From contig CBDDBZ010000039.1 in NCBI GenBank assembly GCA_965225945.1, forward strand, positions 288,001 through 352,000: DNA of 64,000 bases, written 5' to 3'. This DNA is from Alphaproteobacteria bacterium. Lineage in GTDB: Bacteria; Pseudomonadota; Alphaproteobacteria; GCA-2731375. A model generated the notes under the pieces. It saw nothing but the letters and a program-made list of their open reading frames with translations. It ran no database searches and was not told the origin of the DNA. This document shows, in pieces, positions 9,034 to 19,611 of the stretch. Made by a program: the position numbers and the translations under genes. Numbering within the stretch: position 1 is the first letter of the stretch; each line of letters opens with the position of its first letter.

Positions 9034-10356
9034 ATGACGTCGGAGATCAAGCGGTACGGCAAGTGGGCCGTCTCCGCCGCGTCGGCGGTGGCACTTCTGA
9101 TCGGCGCCGGCATGGCGTCGGCACAGGAGAAGGTAATCATGGCCGTGCCCGCCTTTCTCACCGGCGCCGGCGCGCCGGCCTTCGGCGTTCCGGCGAAGAA
9201 CGGGGCCGAGCTCATCATTCGGGGCATCAACAACGGCGAGTTGCCGGCGCCCTATGACATCAAGGGGTTGGCGGGACGCCAGATCCAGGCGATCTTCTAC
9301 GACGAGTCCGGCGGCGGCACCAAGCAGGTCACGGAGCTGCGCAACAAGGTGCAGAAGGAGAACGTCGACATCGTCGTCGGCTACATCTCGTCCGGCACCT
9401 GCGCGGCGGTTACCCGCGTTGCCGAGGAGCTCAAGGTGCTGACGATCCAGACGGTGTGCGGTACGCCGCGCATCTTTGAGGAGCTCGACAAAAATCCGAA
9501 GTACGTGTTCCGCTCCATGAACCACGCGACCGGGAGCAACGTTTCGGCGGCACACTATGTCGCCCGAACCCTCGGCAAAGAGATCAAGGGCTTCGTCGGC
9601 CTCAATCAGAACTATGCCTGGGGACAGGATTCCTGGCGTGATTTCGAGCTGGCGATGAAGACCTTGGCGCCCGATATCGCGGCCTCCGGCAAGCAGCAGT
9701 TCCCGAAGATTTTTGCCGGCCAGTACGGCGCCGAGATCTCGGCCCTCCTGCGCGCCAAGCAGGAGCTGGTGCATTCGAGCTTCTGGGGCGGCGACCTGGA
9801 AGCGTTGATCGCGCAAGGATCGGCGCGCGGGCTCTTCAAGAAGAAGAAGTTCGTGCTCACGGTCGGCGAGACGGTGGCCTATCGCCTGGGCAAGAGGTTT
9901 CCCCAAGGCCTGATGGTCGGGACCCGTGGCCCCTATGGCATGTATGTGGTCGACGACCCCGCGCCGCTCAACCAATGGTTCCAGAAGGAATACCGCAAGG
10001 CTTATGGCGAGCCGCCCTCACAGCCCAGCTATCAGTATGCGCAAGGTGTCCTCGCCGCCAAATACGCTTACGACAAAGCGGCCAAGGGCGCGGGCGGGTT
10101 CCCCTCGACCGACCAGGTCATCACCGCGCTCGAGGGCGCGACCTTCCCGACTTTGGTCGGCACCGTCACGATGGCGCTGAGCAAGGGCCATCAGGCCGTC
10201 ACCGACGATCGTTGGGGGATCACCGTTTGGGACGACGCGCGCAATGAGATGGTGGTCAAGGACGTGGTGGTGTTCCAGGCGAGCTGCATCATGCCGCCAG
10301 ACGGCGTCGATTCCATCCCCTGGCTGGAAGGCGGCATGAAGGGCGCCAAGTGTTAG
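9034..10356 (+). CDS. ABC transporter substrate-binding protein (LivJ/K-like)
   Basis: Signal peptide ending ASA-Q; GYISSG and NYAWGQDSW motifs; RBS GGAGG upstream. Confidence 0.9.
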   Translation: MTSEIKRYGKWAVSAASAVALLIGAGMASAQEKVIMAVPAFLTGAGAPAFGVPAKNGAELIIRGINNGELPAPYDIKGLAGRQIQAIFYDESGGGTKQVTELRNKVQKENVDIVVGYISSGTCAAVTRVAEELKVLTIQTVCGTPRIFEELDKNPKYVFRSMNHATGSNVSAAHYVARTLGKEIKGFVGLNQNYAWGQDSWRDFELAMKTLAPDIAASGKQQFPKIFAGQYGAEISALLRAKQELVHSSFWGGDLEALIAQGSARGLFKKKKFVLTVGETVAYRLGKRFPQGLMVGTRGPYGMYVVDDPAPLNQWFQKEYRKAYGEPPSQPSYQYAQGVLAAKYAYDKAAKGAGGFPSTDQVITALEGATFPTLVGTVTMALSKGHQAVTDDRWGITVWDDARNEMVVKDVVVFQASCIMPPDGVDSIPWLEGGMKGAKC

Positions 10357-10365
10357 CAGTCGTCG

Positions 10366-10404
10366 GCCGGACCCGCGGTGGCTCGCTGCCGCCGCGGGTC
10401 CGGC
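10366..10404 (+). other. GC-rich stem-loop after the binding-protein gene (probably mRNA-stabilising)
   Basis: gccggacccgcgg...ccgcgggtccggc inverted repeat with no U-tract. Confidence 0.5.
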
Positions 10405-10459
10405 GTCGTCGACCGCAGCCCCTAATGCCGTAACACCCGACCTCCGGCGAGGGCCGCGC

Positions 10460-11362
10460 GTGGACCTGCAACTGCTCACGATCATCCTCGTCGATGGCTT
10501 CGTCTATTCCTCCTACCTCTTCATGGTGGCGGTCGGGCTCACGGTCATCTTCGGCGTGCAGAAGGTCTTGAACCTGACGCACGGCTCGTTCTTCGCCTTC
10601 GGCGCTTATCTGGCCGCGAGCCTCATCGGCGTCTACTACGCCACCGATTTGCCGGAATTTGGCGGTTTCTTGGTCATCTTCCTGTCCGCCGCCGTGCTCG
10701 GCGTCTTCTTCGGCCTGTTGATCGAGCGCGGCCTGCTGAAATATCTCTACCATCGCGACGAGCACATCATCATCCTTGCGACCTTCGCCGCCTTTCTGGC
10801 GCTGGAGGACGTCATCATCCTGATCTGGGGCATGGATCCCTATTTCGCCTACCAGCCGATGGCGCTGCTGGGCTCCAGCGAGATCGCCGAGTTGACCTTC
10901 GACAACTACAACCTCTCGATGGTCGCGCTCTCGATGATCGTCGCCTTCGTCTTGTGGTTCGGCCTCAACAAGACGCGGTGGGGCAAGCTCCTGCTCGCCG
11001 TCATCCACGACCGCGAGATCAGCCAGGCGATGGGCATCGACGTCACCCGGGTCTTTCTCGCCACCTTCATGATCGGGGCTTTTCTGGGGGCACTCGGCGG
11101 TGCCTATGTGGCCCCCACGATTTCGGTGCTGCCGGGGATCGGGGTCGAGGTCATCGTGCTCGCCTTCGCCGTCGTCGTGATCGGCGGCATGGGCAGCATT
11201 CCGGGCGCGCTGATCGGCGCGATCGTCGTCGGCATCTCGCGCGCCGCCGCAGTGCATCTGCTGCCCGAGGTGGAGTTGTTCGTGATCTACGCGATCATGG
11301 CCTTGGTGTTGATCGTCCGGCCCGAGGGCCTGTTCGCCCCGCCCAAGGCCAGGAAGATATGA
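10460..11362 (+). CDS. livH: Branched-chain-type ABC permease (LivH-like)
   Basis: GLTVIFG..VLNLTHG, VVIGGMGSIPG and RPEGLF motifs. Confidence 0.88.
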   Translation: MDLQLLTIILVDGFVYSSYLFMVAVGLTVIFGVQKVLNLTHGSFFAFGAYLAASLIGVYYATDLPEFGGFLVIFLSAAVLGVFFGLLIERGLLKYLYHRDEHIIILATFAAFLALEDVIILIWGMDPYFAYQPMALLGSSEIAELTFDNYNLSMVALSMIVAFVLWFGLNKTRWGKLLLAVIHDREISQAMGIDVTRVFLATFMIGAFLGALGGAYVAPTISVLPGIGVEVIVLAFAVVVIGGMGSIPGALIGAIVVGISRAAAVHLLPEVELFVIYAIMALVLIVRPEGLFAPPKARKI

Positions 11363-11405
11363 TTGCAATTGACATGAATCTCGAGCGCCCGCTGGGCCGT
11401 TTGCC

Positions 11406-12386
11406 ATGACGGGCTTTTTCGACAAGACCTTCTGGGGCCTGACGGCGGGGTTGATCGTCCTGCTCGTGCTCGACTTCGTGCTGGCGGAGTGGCTGCGGTT
11501 CATCGGCTTGCAGTCGCTGGCGCGCGGCGCGGTGGCGCTCGGCCTGCTGATCCTGTGGCGCGCCGGGCTGATCAGCTTCGGGCACGCGCTGTTCTTCGGC
11601 TGGGGCGCCTATGGCGTCGCTTTGCTGCAGAAGCTCGGGATCACCGACGCCTTGGTGTTGATCGCCGTCGGCACGCTCGCCGCGGGCCTGTTGGCCTTCG
11701 TGCTCGGCTTTCTGCTCCGGCGCTACCGGGCGATCTTTTTCGCCCTGCTGAATCTGGCCTTCTCGATGATTTTCTATGGCGTGCTCGCCAAGCTCGAGGT
11801 CCTGGGCTCGACCGACGGCATCGGCGTCAGGCCACCGAGCTATTTCGGCGTGACGCCGGAGGGAGAGAACGGACATATCGCCCTCTTTTTCCTGGTCGTC
11901 GTCCTGGTCTATCTCATGGCGCTCGCCGTGCATCGCTATCTCGCCTCGACGCTCGGCGCGATGACGATCGCGGTCAGGGAAAACGAAATCCGCATGGAAT
12001 ATCTCGGCTACTCCGCCGAACGGGCGATCCACGTCAAATACGTGATCTCCGGTCTCCTCGCCGGCTTCGGCGGCGCGGTCATGGGCTTGGCGGTCGGCCA
12101 TGTCGACCCGGATTCGATGGTCTACTGGCCGGTCTCCGGCGACTTCGTCTTCATCACCATCCTCTCCGGCACCGGGAACGTCGCGGCGACCTTCATCGGC
12201 GCGCTCGCCTTCGAGCTCATTCGAACCTACGCCTTCGAATACGCGCCGCAGATCTGGCAGCTTCTGATGGGCGGCACGCTTCTCGTCATCGTCATGTTTC
12301 TGCCCGACGGCCTGTGGTCGTTGACCGACAAGTACCGAACCTTGCGCGCTCGGCGTGTCCGGGCCGGCGAAGGCGCGGCGGAGTAG
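11406..12386 (+). CDS. livM: Branched-chain-type ABC permease (LivM-like)
   Basis: GLISFGHALFFG, AVRENEIR and LPDGL motifs. Confidence 0.88.
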   Translation: MTGFFDKTFWGLTAGLIVLLVLDFVLAEWLRFIGLQSLARGAVALGLLILWRAGLISFGHALFFGWGAYGVALLQKLGITDALVLIAVGTLAAGLLAFVLGFLLRRYRAIFFALLNLAFSMIFYGVLAKLEVLGSTDGIGVRPPSYFGVTPEGENGHIALFFLVVVLVYLMALAVHRYLASTLGAMTIAVRENEIRMEYLGYSAERAIHVKYVISGLLAGFGGAVMGLAVGHVDPDSMVYWPVSGDFVFITILSGTGNVAATFIGALAFELIRTYAFEYAPQIWQLLMGGTLLVIVMFLPDGLWSLTDKYRTLRARRVRAGEGAAE

Positions 12387-12393
12387 TCGCGCG

Positions 12394-13182
12394 GTGGCGC
12401 CGGTTCTCGAAGTCCACGATCTGGAGAAGTCCTTCGGTGGCGTCGTCGCCGCACGTGGAATCGACGTCGTCGTCGAGGAAGGCGAGACCATCGGCATCAT
12501 CGGCGCCAACGGCGCGGGCAAGACCACCTTCGTCAACATGGTGACGGGATATCTGCCGCCGAGCGGTGGCCGTATCGAGTTCATGGGCCGGAGCATCCTG
12601 GGCCTGTCGCCCCGGCGCATTACCTTGCTCGGCCTGTGCCGGTCCTTCCAGGTGCCGCAGGTCTTCGGCTCGGAAACCGTTTTCGAGAACGTCATGATCG
12701 CGCTGGCCATCGCCGAGGCCCGTGGCCTCGGACTGCTGGCGCCGATGTTCGACCCGGCCCGGGCCGCGCGGGCCGAGGCGCATATGACGCGCTATCAGAT
12801 CGCGGACTATCGCGACGTCGAGGCCGATGCCCTGCCGCAAGGCACCCGCAAGCTGCTGGACATCGCCATGGCGACCGTGCGCCAGCCGAAGCTGGTCATG
12901 CTGGACGAGCCGACGAGCGGGATCAGCGTCGAGGAAAAGTTCGCCCTGATGGACATCATCATGGCGGCATTGCGCCAGGAACGAACGACGGTCTTGTTTA
13001 TCGAGCACGACATGGAAATCGTCGAGCGCTATGTCAGCCGCGTGCTCGCCTTCTATCAGGGCGAGATCATCTGCGACGCGCCGCCGGCCGAGGCGCTGGT
13101 CGACCCCAGGGTCAGGGAATTCGTGGTCGGCCAGGAACATCACCGCGTTACCCACCTGGCCGAGGGCGCCGAGGATGCTTGA
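12394..13182 (+). CDS. livG: ABC ATPase (LivG-like)
   Basis: Walker A GANGAGKTT, LDEP and IEHDM. Confidence 0.9.
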   Translation: MAPVLEVHDLEKSFGGVVAARGIDVVVEEGETIGIIGANGAGKTTFVNMVTGYLPPSGGRIEFMGRSILGLSPRRITLLGLCRSFQVPQVFGSETVFENVMIALAIAEARGLGLLAPMFDPARAARAEAHMTRYQIADYRDVEADALPQGTRKLLDIAMATVRQPKLVMLDEPTSGISVEEKFALMDIIMAALRQERTTVLFIEHDMEIVERYVSRVLAFYQGEIICDAPPAEALVDPRVREFVVGQEHHRVTHLAEGAEDA

Positions 13183-13822
13183 GGTCTCCGGCCTCGACGT
13201 CGATATCGGCCCGGTACCGATCCTGCGCGGCGTCACCCTGGAAGTTCCGAGCGCGAGCATGCGTGGCCTGATCGGGCGCAACGGCGCCGGCAAGACCACC
13301 CTCATGCGGAGCCTGATGGGCGCGCTCGAGCCGCGCGCGGGCAGTGCCAGGTTCGGGGGAGTCGAGATTCTCGAGCTCGCCGGCAACCGCCGCGCGCACC
13401 TGGGTATCGGCTACATGCCGGAAGATCGGCGGCTCATTCCCAATCTGACGGCGGAAGAGAATATTCTCTTGCCGGTTTGGGCGATCGGCGTTACCGACTA
13501 TCGCCGCCGCCTCGAGTGGATCTACGAGCTGATCCACGAAGCGGCCGCGTTCCGCGACCGGCCCGCCGCCGCGCTTTCCGGCGGTCAGCAGAAGATGGTC
13601 GCGCTGGCCCGCGCCCTTCTGGTCGGCACCAAACTGCTGCTGCTGGACGAGCCGATGGAGGGGATCGCGCCGGTACTGGTGGGACGAATCGCCGATATCC
13701 TGGCCGAGCTGAAACGGGAAGGCGAAGCCGTCCTCGTGACCGAATCCAACGACAGCCATATCGCCGACTTGCTCGACGGAAGCTATGTCATCGAGCGCGG
13801 CAGCGTCGTCAGACGAGACTAG
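13175..13822 (+). CDS. livF: ABC ATPase (LivF-like)
   Basis: GRNGAGKTT, LSGGQQ and LLDEP. Confidence 0.9.
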   Translation: MLEVSGLDVDIGPVPILRGVTLEVPSASMRGLIGRNGAGKTTLMRSLMGALEPRAGSARFGGVEILELAGNRRAHLGIGYMPEDRRLIPNLTAEENILLPVWAIGVTDYRRRLEWIYELIHEAAAFRDRPAAALSGGQQKMVALARALLVGTKLLLLDEPMEGIAPVLVGRIADILAELKREGEAVLVTESNDSHIADLLDGSYVIERGSVVRRD

Positions 13823-14052
13823 CTGTTGTCCGACCCGGCCGGCCTAGGCGATGAACGTGATGGCGGGGACGGCCCGCCTTGCCCGCTCCGCCAACGTTGC
13901 TTGCTCGCCAATAACGAGGGTTTCTCGACCGAACGCTGTAACGCGCTTTGGAGTAGACTGCTAGCCTGTTATCGTCGTGATGGGTTCGATGACGGCCGCC
14001 GAGGTACGATGGTCGGAGACGCTCGCATGGTACAGAGCTCGGTTCGGATACG

Positions 14053-15105
14053 ATGAGCGATTATGACGAAAAGGTAGGCGGCATGAGTTTCGCTGATCTC
14101 ATCGCACCATTCGACGTTGATACCTTCCACAACACGGTGCGAGGGCGCCGGTGGCTGCATGTTCCAGGTGCGTCGGAAAAGACGAGTTCGATCTTTAACT
14201 GGGATCATTTGAACACGATCCTGAACATGGATGTTTGGACAGCCGGCACGGTGACCATCATGCTCGACGGTCAGCGTGCGCCGCCGATGTCCTATTGTAA
14301 CCGGACGGTCAATCGAAACAAACTGTCGGTAATGCAACCCGATCCAGGCAAGATCATCGACTTGATGCGCCATGGAGCGTCGATGGTCCTCGACGACATC
14401 GCGTCACTGGTGCCCTCGGTTGGCGCAGTGGCCGAGATCCTGAAGCGGACGTTCCACGCCAAGGCCGCGGCGAACGTATATTTTTCCCAAAAACGGCATC
14501 GCGCCTTCCAAGCGCACTACGACCGTCACGATGTCTTCTCCCTACAAATCCACGGCGAGAAGATCTGGCGCGTCTATCGGGGTCGGGCTGACAATCCGAT
14601 CGAGCACGATCGCTTCCTCAACATTCCGCAGGCCGAATATGACGGTCTCAAGGGAGCGATCGATCAGGAAGTCAGGATGGCGCCAGGTGATCTACTCTAC
14701 CTGCCGCGCGGTCTTTGCCACGATGCGCTCGCGGTCAGCGACCTCTCGTTGCATTTGACCTTCAGCTGCGCCTTGCCGATGGGTTTACACCTGATCGAGG
14801 ACATGATGGAGCGGTTGATCGGAGAATCGCTGTTCCGAGACGACCTACCCCGCATCGACGGGCGCGACGGCGAAGCCGCGCTCGCGGCCCGCATCGACGC
14901 GCTGATGACCCGTCTGGTCGAGATCTACGGTGGCGAAAACGGCTTGAAGCTGGCTGGCTCGATCATTCGGGGATTCGGCGACGACGCGTCCGCCGAGTTC
15001 GCCTTACCGAGTGTGAGGCCGATGGCATCAAAGCGCTCGGAACCGACCGGCGAGAGAGTGTCCGCTTTTACCGGTCACCGACTTGGTAGAATTGGGGACA
15101 GTTGA
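14053..15105 (+). CDS. JmjC/Cupin_4 2OG-Fe(II) hydroxylase (RoxA/YcfD/NO66-like)
   Basis: ANVY, HYDRHDVFSLQIHGEKIW and PGDLLYLPRGLCHDA (HxD...H triad). Confidence 0.88.
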   Translation: MSDYDEKVGGMSFADLIAPFDVDTFHNTVRGRRWLHVPGASEKTSSIFNWDHLNTILNMDVWTAGTVTIMLDGQRAPPMSYCNRTVNRNKLSVMQPDPGKIIDLMRHGASMVLDDIASLVPSVGAVAEILKRTFHAKAAANVYFSQKRHRAFQAHYDRHDVFSLQIHGEKIWRVYRGRADNPIEHDRFLNIPQAEYDGLKGAIDQEVRMAPGDLLYLPRGLCHDALAVSDLSLHLTFSCALPMGLHLIEDMMERLIGESLFRDDLPRIDGRDGEAALAARIDALMTRLVEIYGGENGLKLAGSIIRGFGDDASAEFALPSVRPMASKRSEPTGERVSAFTGHRLGRIGDS

Positions 15106-15380
15106 GGCAGTCGCAAAATGCTTGAGTGATCGTAGCTTAGTTTTTGGCCTTTGTCGATTTGACTCGTCTTCGGGGTTTTCGTGTTGATCGGGCCGCGATG
15201 AGACCGGCTTCGCTGAAATTTAGCCGTGGAAGAATAATTTCCCGCGATGAACGGGATTCGGGGCCTTCAGGACGGCCGGGTCTACCTATCGAACAAGCGC
15301 ATTACTCATGAGATGGTGATTGGCCGAGGCGCGGGGGTCGGGCCGACCCGGCTGCGCCATCCGCTCCTCCTTCCACGGAT

Positions 15381-16217
15381 TCACCTCTCCAAGGGCAGGT
15401 AGCCGAATCGCTCCATTGCGACGCGGTTGACCTCGACGATGTGCTCGACCTGTTCCACGCTCAGCACTTCCCGCCAGCCGTCGCGCCGGCCCTGGCGGAA
15501 GAAGGAGGGGTTGCGCGGGCTGCGCTCGCGAAAGCCGTCGCGTTCTTCTTGGCCCTTGAGTTCCTCGAAGGAGGCGAAGCGGATGGCCCGGGCCAGTTGT
15601 TCCCGATTCGGACGCAGGCCCAGGAAGCGGGCGATCTTGCCGAAACTCTTCTCCGGCGCGTCCAAGAGATCCTCGTAGCGCGCGACATGGATGGTGAGGC
15701 CCGGCGCTTGGACCCAGCTGAAGACATGGCTCTGCCAGGTGCTGAGGATCTGAAAGACAGTGCGCTCCGCCGTCACCGTGTGGTTGTCGTGGTGACAGAT
15801 TGCCGCCACTGCCTCTTCCATGGAGAGACCCAGATGGCGGGAATAGGAGACCACGACATCGAGCGGATTGCGCATCAGGTAGATCGCGCCCGCCGTCACC
15901 TCCGGCGTGATCGTGGAGACGCCGTCATAGGCGATGAGGGCGTTGTGGGTCTTCACAAACGTGGTGTCGGGGCGCAATTCGGCGAGATAACGATGCACCC
16001 GGGGCCGGAGCGCGTGTAGCACCGCGTCGCCCATCTCAACCAGCGGCCGCTGGGCCACCTCCTCGAAATAGCCGGCGCGGAGGTCGCTCGCGGTGAAGTC
16101 CGACAACTGATTGATCGGGAACGGCGTCTCCGCTCCGGTCAGCATGTTCGCCAGGAAGGCGCGGAGCCAGGTATTGCCGGATTTCGGATAGGAGGCGAGC
16201 CAGAGTATGGCGCCCAT
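15381..16217 (-). CDS. PAPS-dependent sulfotransferase (Sulfotransfer_1), third gene in transcription order
   Basis: SYPKSGNTW 5'-PSB loop, VKTH, RNPLDVVVS and FFRQG motifs. Confidence 0.92.
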   Translation of the reverse strand: MGAILWLASYPKSGNTWLRAFLANMLTGAETPFPINQLSDFTASDLRAGYFEEVAQRPLVEMGDAVLHALRPRVHRYLAELRPDTTFVKTHNALIAYDGVSTITPEVTAGAIYLMRNPLDVVVSYSRHLGLSMEEAVAAICHHDNHTVTAERTVFQILSTWQSHVFSWVQAPGLTIHVARYEDLLDAPEKSFGKIARFLGLRPNREQLARAIRFASFEELKGQEERDGFRERSPRNPSFFRQGRRDGWREVLSVEQVEHIVEVNRVAMERFGYLPLER

Positions 16218-16227
16218 TATCGAGACC

Positions 16228-16480
16228 TCACGCGAGATAGCCGAAGCGGATCATCATCGCCTCGTTGACGGCGATGAGCGTGGCCACCTGTGCAGGCGAC
16301 AATACTTTCTTCCATCCCCCGGCGCGACCCTGGCGGAAGAACTGGACCGTGGTCGGGCCGCGTTCGACGAAGCCGTGCCGCCGTTCCTGTTCCTGCAATC
16401 GATCGAAGGCGGAGAATTGGATGGCGCGCTCGAGCTCGCGGCGCGCTGGCTCGCGGCCGAGATAGCGCGCGATGGCGCGC
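16228..16480 (-). pseudogene. 3' part of the IS-interrupted sulfotransferase
   Basis: Manual translation AIARYLGREPARRELERAIQFSAFDRLQEQERRHGFVERGPTTVQFFRQGRAGGWKKVLS...RFGYLA-stop; continues 20871-21452. Confidence 0.88.
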
Positions 16481-16881
16481 TGTCGGTGGCGATGAAAAAC
16501 CGCGCTTAGATGGTGATTTCAGCGACATCGGGCATCGTGGCGCTGTAGCTGCGTGGTTTGCAGGCGGGAGTTGGCTCGGCGCAGCGGTGGGTAAGTAGCC
16601 CGCCGCAGCGACCGCCAAGAGTCTGGCGGCGGCGGGCTGCTTATCCACCGCGGGCGGGCGTCTCGATTCCTGTTTTGGCTGGCTGGCGGCGGCGGTTCCG
16701 CGGACCTGACAAGGGGAGCCGCGGGAGTACACTCGGGCCGCTGAGAACGATGCGGCGCCGGCCCCGTTTGCTTGCTGGCAACGACCGGCACCGCACCCCC
16801 CGAGCCATGCAAGGCACGACCCATATGCGCAGTATCGTGCGGGTTTGGGCGTGGGTCCACCCCGTTCTCATCGGCTGCGCG

Positions 16882-17322
16882 ATGAAGAACACCGCCCGCC
16901 TGTTCAACTGCGCCTCGTGCCATCAACAGGTGGTTCTCTGCCGGCACTGCGACCACGGCAACATCTACTGTTCACGGAGCTGCAGCGATCGGGTGCGCCG
17001 GCGATCGCAGCGCCATGCCGGGCAGCGCTACCAGAACAGCCGGCGGGGCCGTCACAAGCATGCTGAGCGCCAGCGGCGCTATCGCGAACGCCGGCGGCGC
17101 CGGACGCCGGTGAATCGGCGCCGCGGGCAGGAAGTGACGCATCACCCTTTGACCGCCGCGCGGCGGCGTCCTGTTGTGGCGCGGACGCCGGCAGGGCGTC
17201 CCGGAACACGGCCCTTCGGGCACGAGCGGCCCGCCAGGGTCTTCCGCTGCGATCGCTGCGGCCGGTTCTGCGGGCAGGCGGTCTATCCGGGGCTGCGCCC
17301 GACGGGAAAGGGGGTGAGATGA
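16882..17322 (+). CDS. Cys-rich, Arg-rich putative zinc-finger protein (element ORF1)
   Basis: CASC, CRHC, CSRSC and C-terminal CDRC; stop overlaps the istA start (ATGA). Confidence 0.75.
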   Translation: MKNTARLFNCASCHQQVVLCRHCDHGNIYCSRSCSDRVRRRSQRHAGQRYQNSRRGRHKHAERQRRYRERRRRRTPVNRRRGQEVTHHPLTAARRRPVVARTPAGRPGTRPFGHERPARVFRCDRCGRFCGQAVYPGLRPTGKGVR

Positions 17323-18824
17323 CCATCGACAAGGAGACCCGCGCGGAGATCCTGCGCCTGTATCACGTCGAGAAGTGGACGGTCGGCACGATCACACGCC
17401 AGCTCGGCGTGCATCGCTACACCGTCGAGCGCCTCCTCACCGCGGCCGGCGAGCCCCGGGACGCGAGGTCGCCCAGGCCGTCGATGATCGATCCATACGT
17501 GCCGTTCATCGCCGAGACGCTGGCATCCTGGCCGACGCTGCCCGCCAGCCGGCTCTACCAGATGGTGCGCGAACGCGGCTATCCGGGCGGCGGCGACCAC
17601 TTCCGTCATCTGCTCAGCCACTTCAGGCCCAGGCCCGTGGCCGAGGCCTATCTGCGCCTCAAGACCCTTCCCGGCGAGCAGGCCCAGGTCGACTGGGGAC
17701 ACTTCGGCAAGGTGACGATCGGCCGCGCGGAGCGCCGCCTGATGGGCTTCGTGATGGTTCTCAGCTACTCGCGGCGGATCTTCCTGCGCTTCTACCTCGA
17801 CGCCGGGATGAGCAACTTCCTGCGCGGCCATGTCGAAGCCTTCGAGGCGTGGCAGGGCGTGCCCCGCGAGCTCTGGTACGACAACCTGAAGAGCGTCGTG
17901 CTGGAGCGCCGCGGCGCCGCCATCCGGTTCAATCCCCGGATCCTCGACCTCGCCGGCCACTACCACTTCCTGCCCAAGCCCGTCGCGGTCGCGCGCGGCA
18001 ACGAGAAGGGGCGCGTGGAGCGGGCGATTCGCTATGTCCGGACCAGCTTCTTCGCCGCCCGCCGGTGGCGCGATATCGACGATCTCAACGCCCAGGCCCT
18101 GGCCTGGTGCCACGGCATCGCCGCCGACCGCCCCTGGCCCGAAGACCGCTCGATCACCGTGCGCGAGGCCTTCGAGCGGGAACGCGGCTCTCTCATCGCG
18201 CTGCCCGGCGATCCCTTCCCCGACCACGACCGGGTCGAGGTCGCCATCGGCAAGACCCCCTACGCCCGCTTCGATCTCAACGATTACAGCGTGCCGCACA
18301 CCCATGTGCGGCGCACCCTCGTCGTGGTCGCGACGCTCGACGAGGTGCGCATCCTCGACGGTGTGGACGTCATCGCCAGCCATCCGCGCAGCTTCGACAA
18401 GGCGGCCCGCATCGAGAACCCCGAGCACATCGCCGAGCTGGTCAGGCGCAAGAGCCATGCCCGCCGCCTTCGCGGCCAGGACCGGCTGGTCCAGGCCGCG
18501 CCCAACAGCGAGCGCCTGCTCGCCGAGGCCGCCCAGCGCGGCGGCTATATAGGCGCCACCGTCGCCGCCCTGTTGCGCCTCCTCGACGCCTACGGCGCCG
18601 CCGAGCTCGAGGCGGCCATCGACGAGGCCCTGAAGCGGGACGTTCCCCATCCCAACGCCGTGCGCCTGAGCCTGACCCGGCGGCGCGAGCTGCGGCACCA
18701 ACCCCCGCCCATCCCCGTCGAACTGCCCGGCGATCCGAGAGTGCGCGACATCACTGTCCGCGATCACGACCTCGTCGGATACGACGGGCTGGCCGGCGAA
18801 CCCGAGGAGGACAGCGAGCAATGA
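17319..18824 (+). CDS. istA: IS21-family DDE transposase
   Basis: N-terminal HTH; [16 protein letters not shown] and EKGRVE motifs. Confidence 0.95.
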   Translation: MTIDKETRAEILRLYHVEKWTVGTITRQLGVHRYTVERLLTAAGEPRDARSPRPSMIDPYVPFIAETLASWPTLPASRLYQMVRERGYPGGGDHFRHLLSHFRPRPVAEAYLRLKTLPGEQAQVDWGHFGKVTIGRAERRLMGFVMVLSYSRRIFLRFYLDAGMSNFLRGHVEAFEAWQGVPRELWYDNLKSVVLERRGAAIRFNPRILDLAGHYHFLPKPVAVARGNEKGRVERAIRYVRTSFFAARRWRDIDDLNAQALAWCHGIAADRPWPEDRSITVREAFERERGSLIALPGDPFPDHDRVEVAIGKTPYARFDLNDYSVPHTHVRRTLVVVATLDEVRILDGVDVIASHPRSFDKAARIENPEHIAELVRRKSHARRLRGQDRLVQAAPNSERLLAEAAQRGGYIGATVAALLRLLDAYGAAELEAAIDEALKRDVPHPNAVRLSLTRRRELRHQPPPIPVELPGDPRVRDITVRDHDLVGYDGLAGEPEEDSEQ

Positions 18825-19609
18825 ACGATACCCTCATGGGCCGTGCCCGGGCGCTCGGCCTGCACGGCCTCGCCGCCCACTGGGGCGAGGTCGCCGGGCA
18901 TGACTGGCCCGCTGCGCTGGTCGCCTGGGAAGAGGAGGAACGGCGAAGCCGCAGCCTCAAGCGCCGCCTCGGCGACGCCCGCCTCGGACAGTTCAAGCCG
19001 CTCGCCGACTTCGACTGGGCATGGCCGCGCCGCTGCGACCGCATGGCCGTCGAGGATCTCATGAGCCTCGAGTTCCTCAACGAGGCCGCCAACGTCGTCC
19101 TGGTCGGCCCAAACGGCGTCGGCAAGTCGACCATCGCCGCCAATATCGCCCACCGCGCCGTCCTCGAGGGCCACACCGTGCGCTTCGCCACCGCGGCCAG
19201 CATGCTCGGCGAGCTCGCCGCCCTCGACAGCGACACCCTGCTTCAGCGCAGGCTGCGCTTCTACGCCCGCCAACACCTGCTGGTGATCGACGAGGTCGGA
19301 TACCTGTCCTACAGCAACCGCCATGCCGATCTGCTGTTCAACATCGTCTCCAGCCGCAGCCAGCAGAACTCCACCATAATCACCACCAACCGGCCCTTCG
19401 CCGAGTGGGGTGAGGCCTTCCCCAACGCCGCCTGCCTCGTCGCCCTGGTCGACCGCCTCGTCCACAACGCCGAGATCATCGCCATCGACGGCGAGTCCTG
19501 GCGCCGCAAGGAGGCCGAGGAACGCCAGAAGCAGCGCAGCGCCGAGCGCCGCCGGCGGCGAGCCGGCAAGGCCGGCGTGCAGGACCGCGGGGAACCGCCG
19601 CCGGCGTAG
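18821..19609 (+). CDS. istB: IS21-family AAA+ helper ATPase
   Basis: [22 protein letters not shown] and DRLVH motifs. Confidence 0.95.
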   Translation: MNDTLMGRARALGLHGLAAHWGEVAGHDWPAALVAWEEEERRSRSLKRRLGDARLGQFKPLADFDWAWPRRCDRMAVEDLMSLEFLNEAANVVLVGPNGVGKSTIAANIAHRAVLEGHTVRFATAASMLGELAALDSDTLLQRRLRFYARQHLLVIDEVGYLSYSNRHADLLFNIVSSRSQQNSTIITTNRPFAEWGEAFPNAACLVALVDRLVHNAEIIAIDGESWRRKEAEERQKQRSAERRRRRAGKAGVQDRGEPPPA

Positions 19610-19611
19610 CC

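Noticed and set aside
17375-19609. 744-aa ORF (and its mirror at 37499-39733) as an extended IstB
   Set aside because: The N-terminal ~480 aa are an alternative frame over istA; the real istB starts at ATG 18821.
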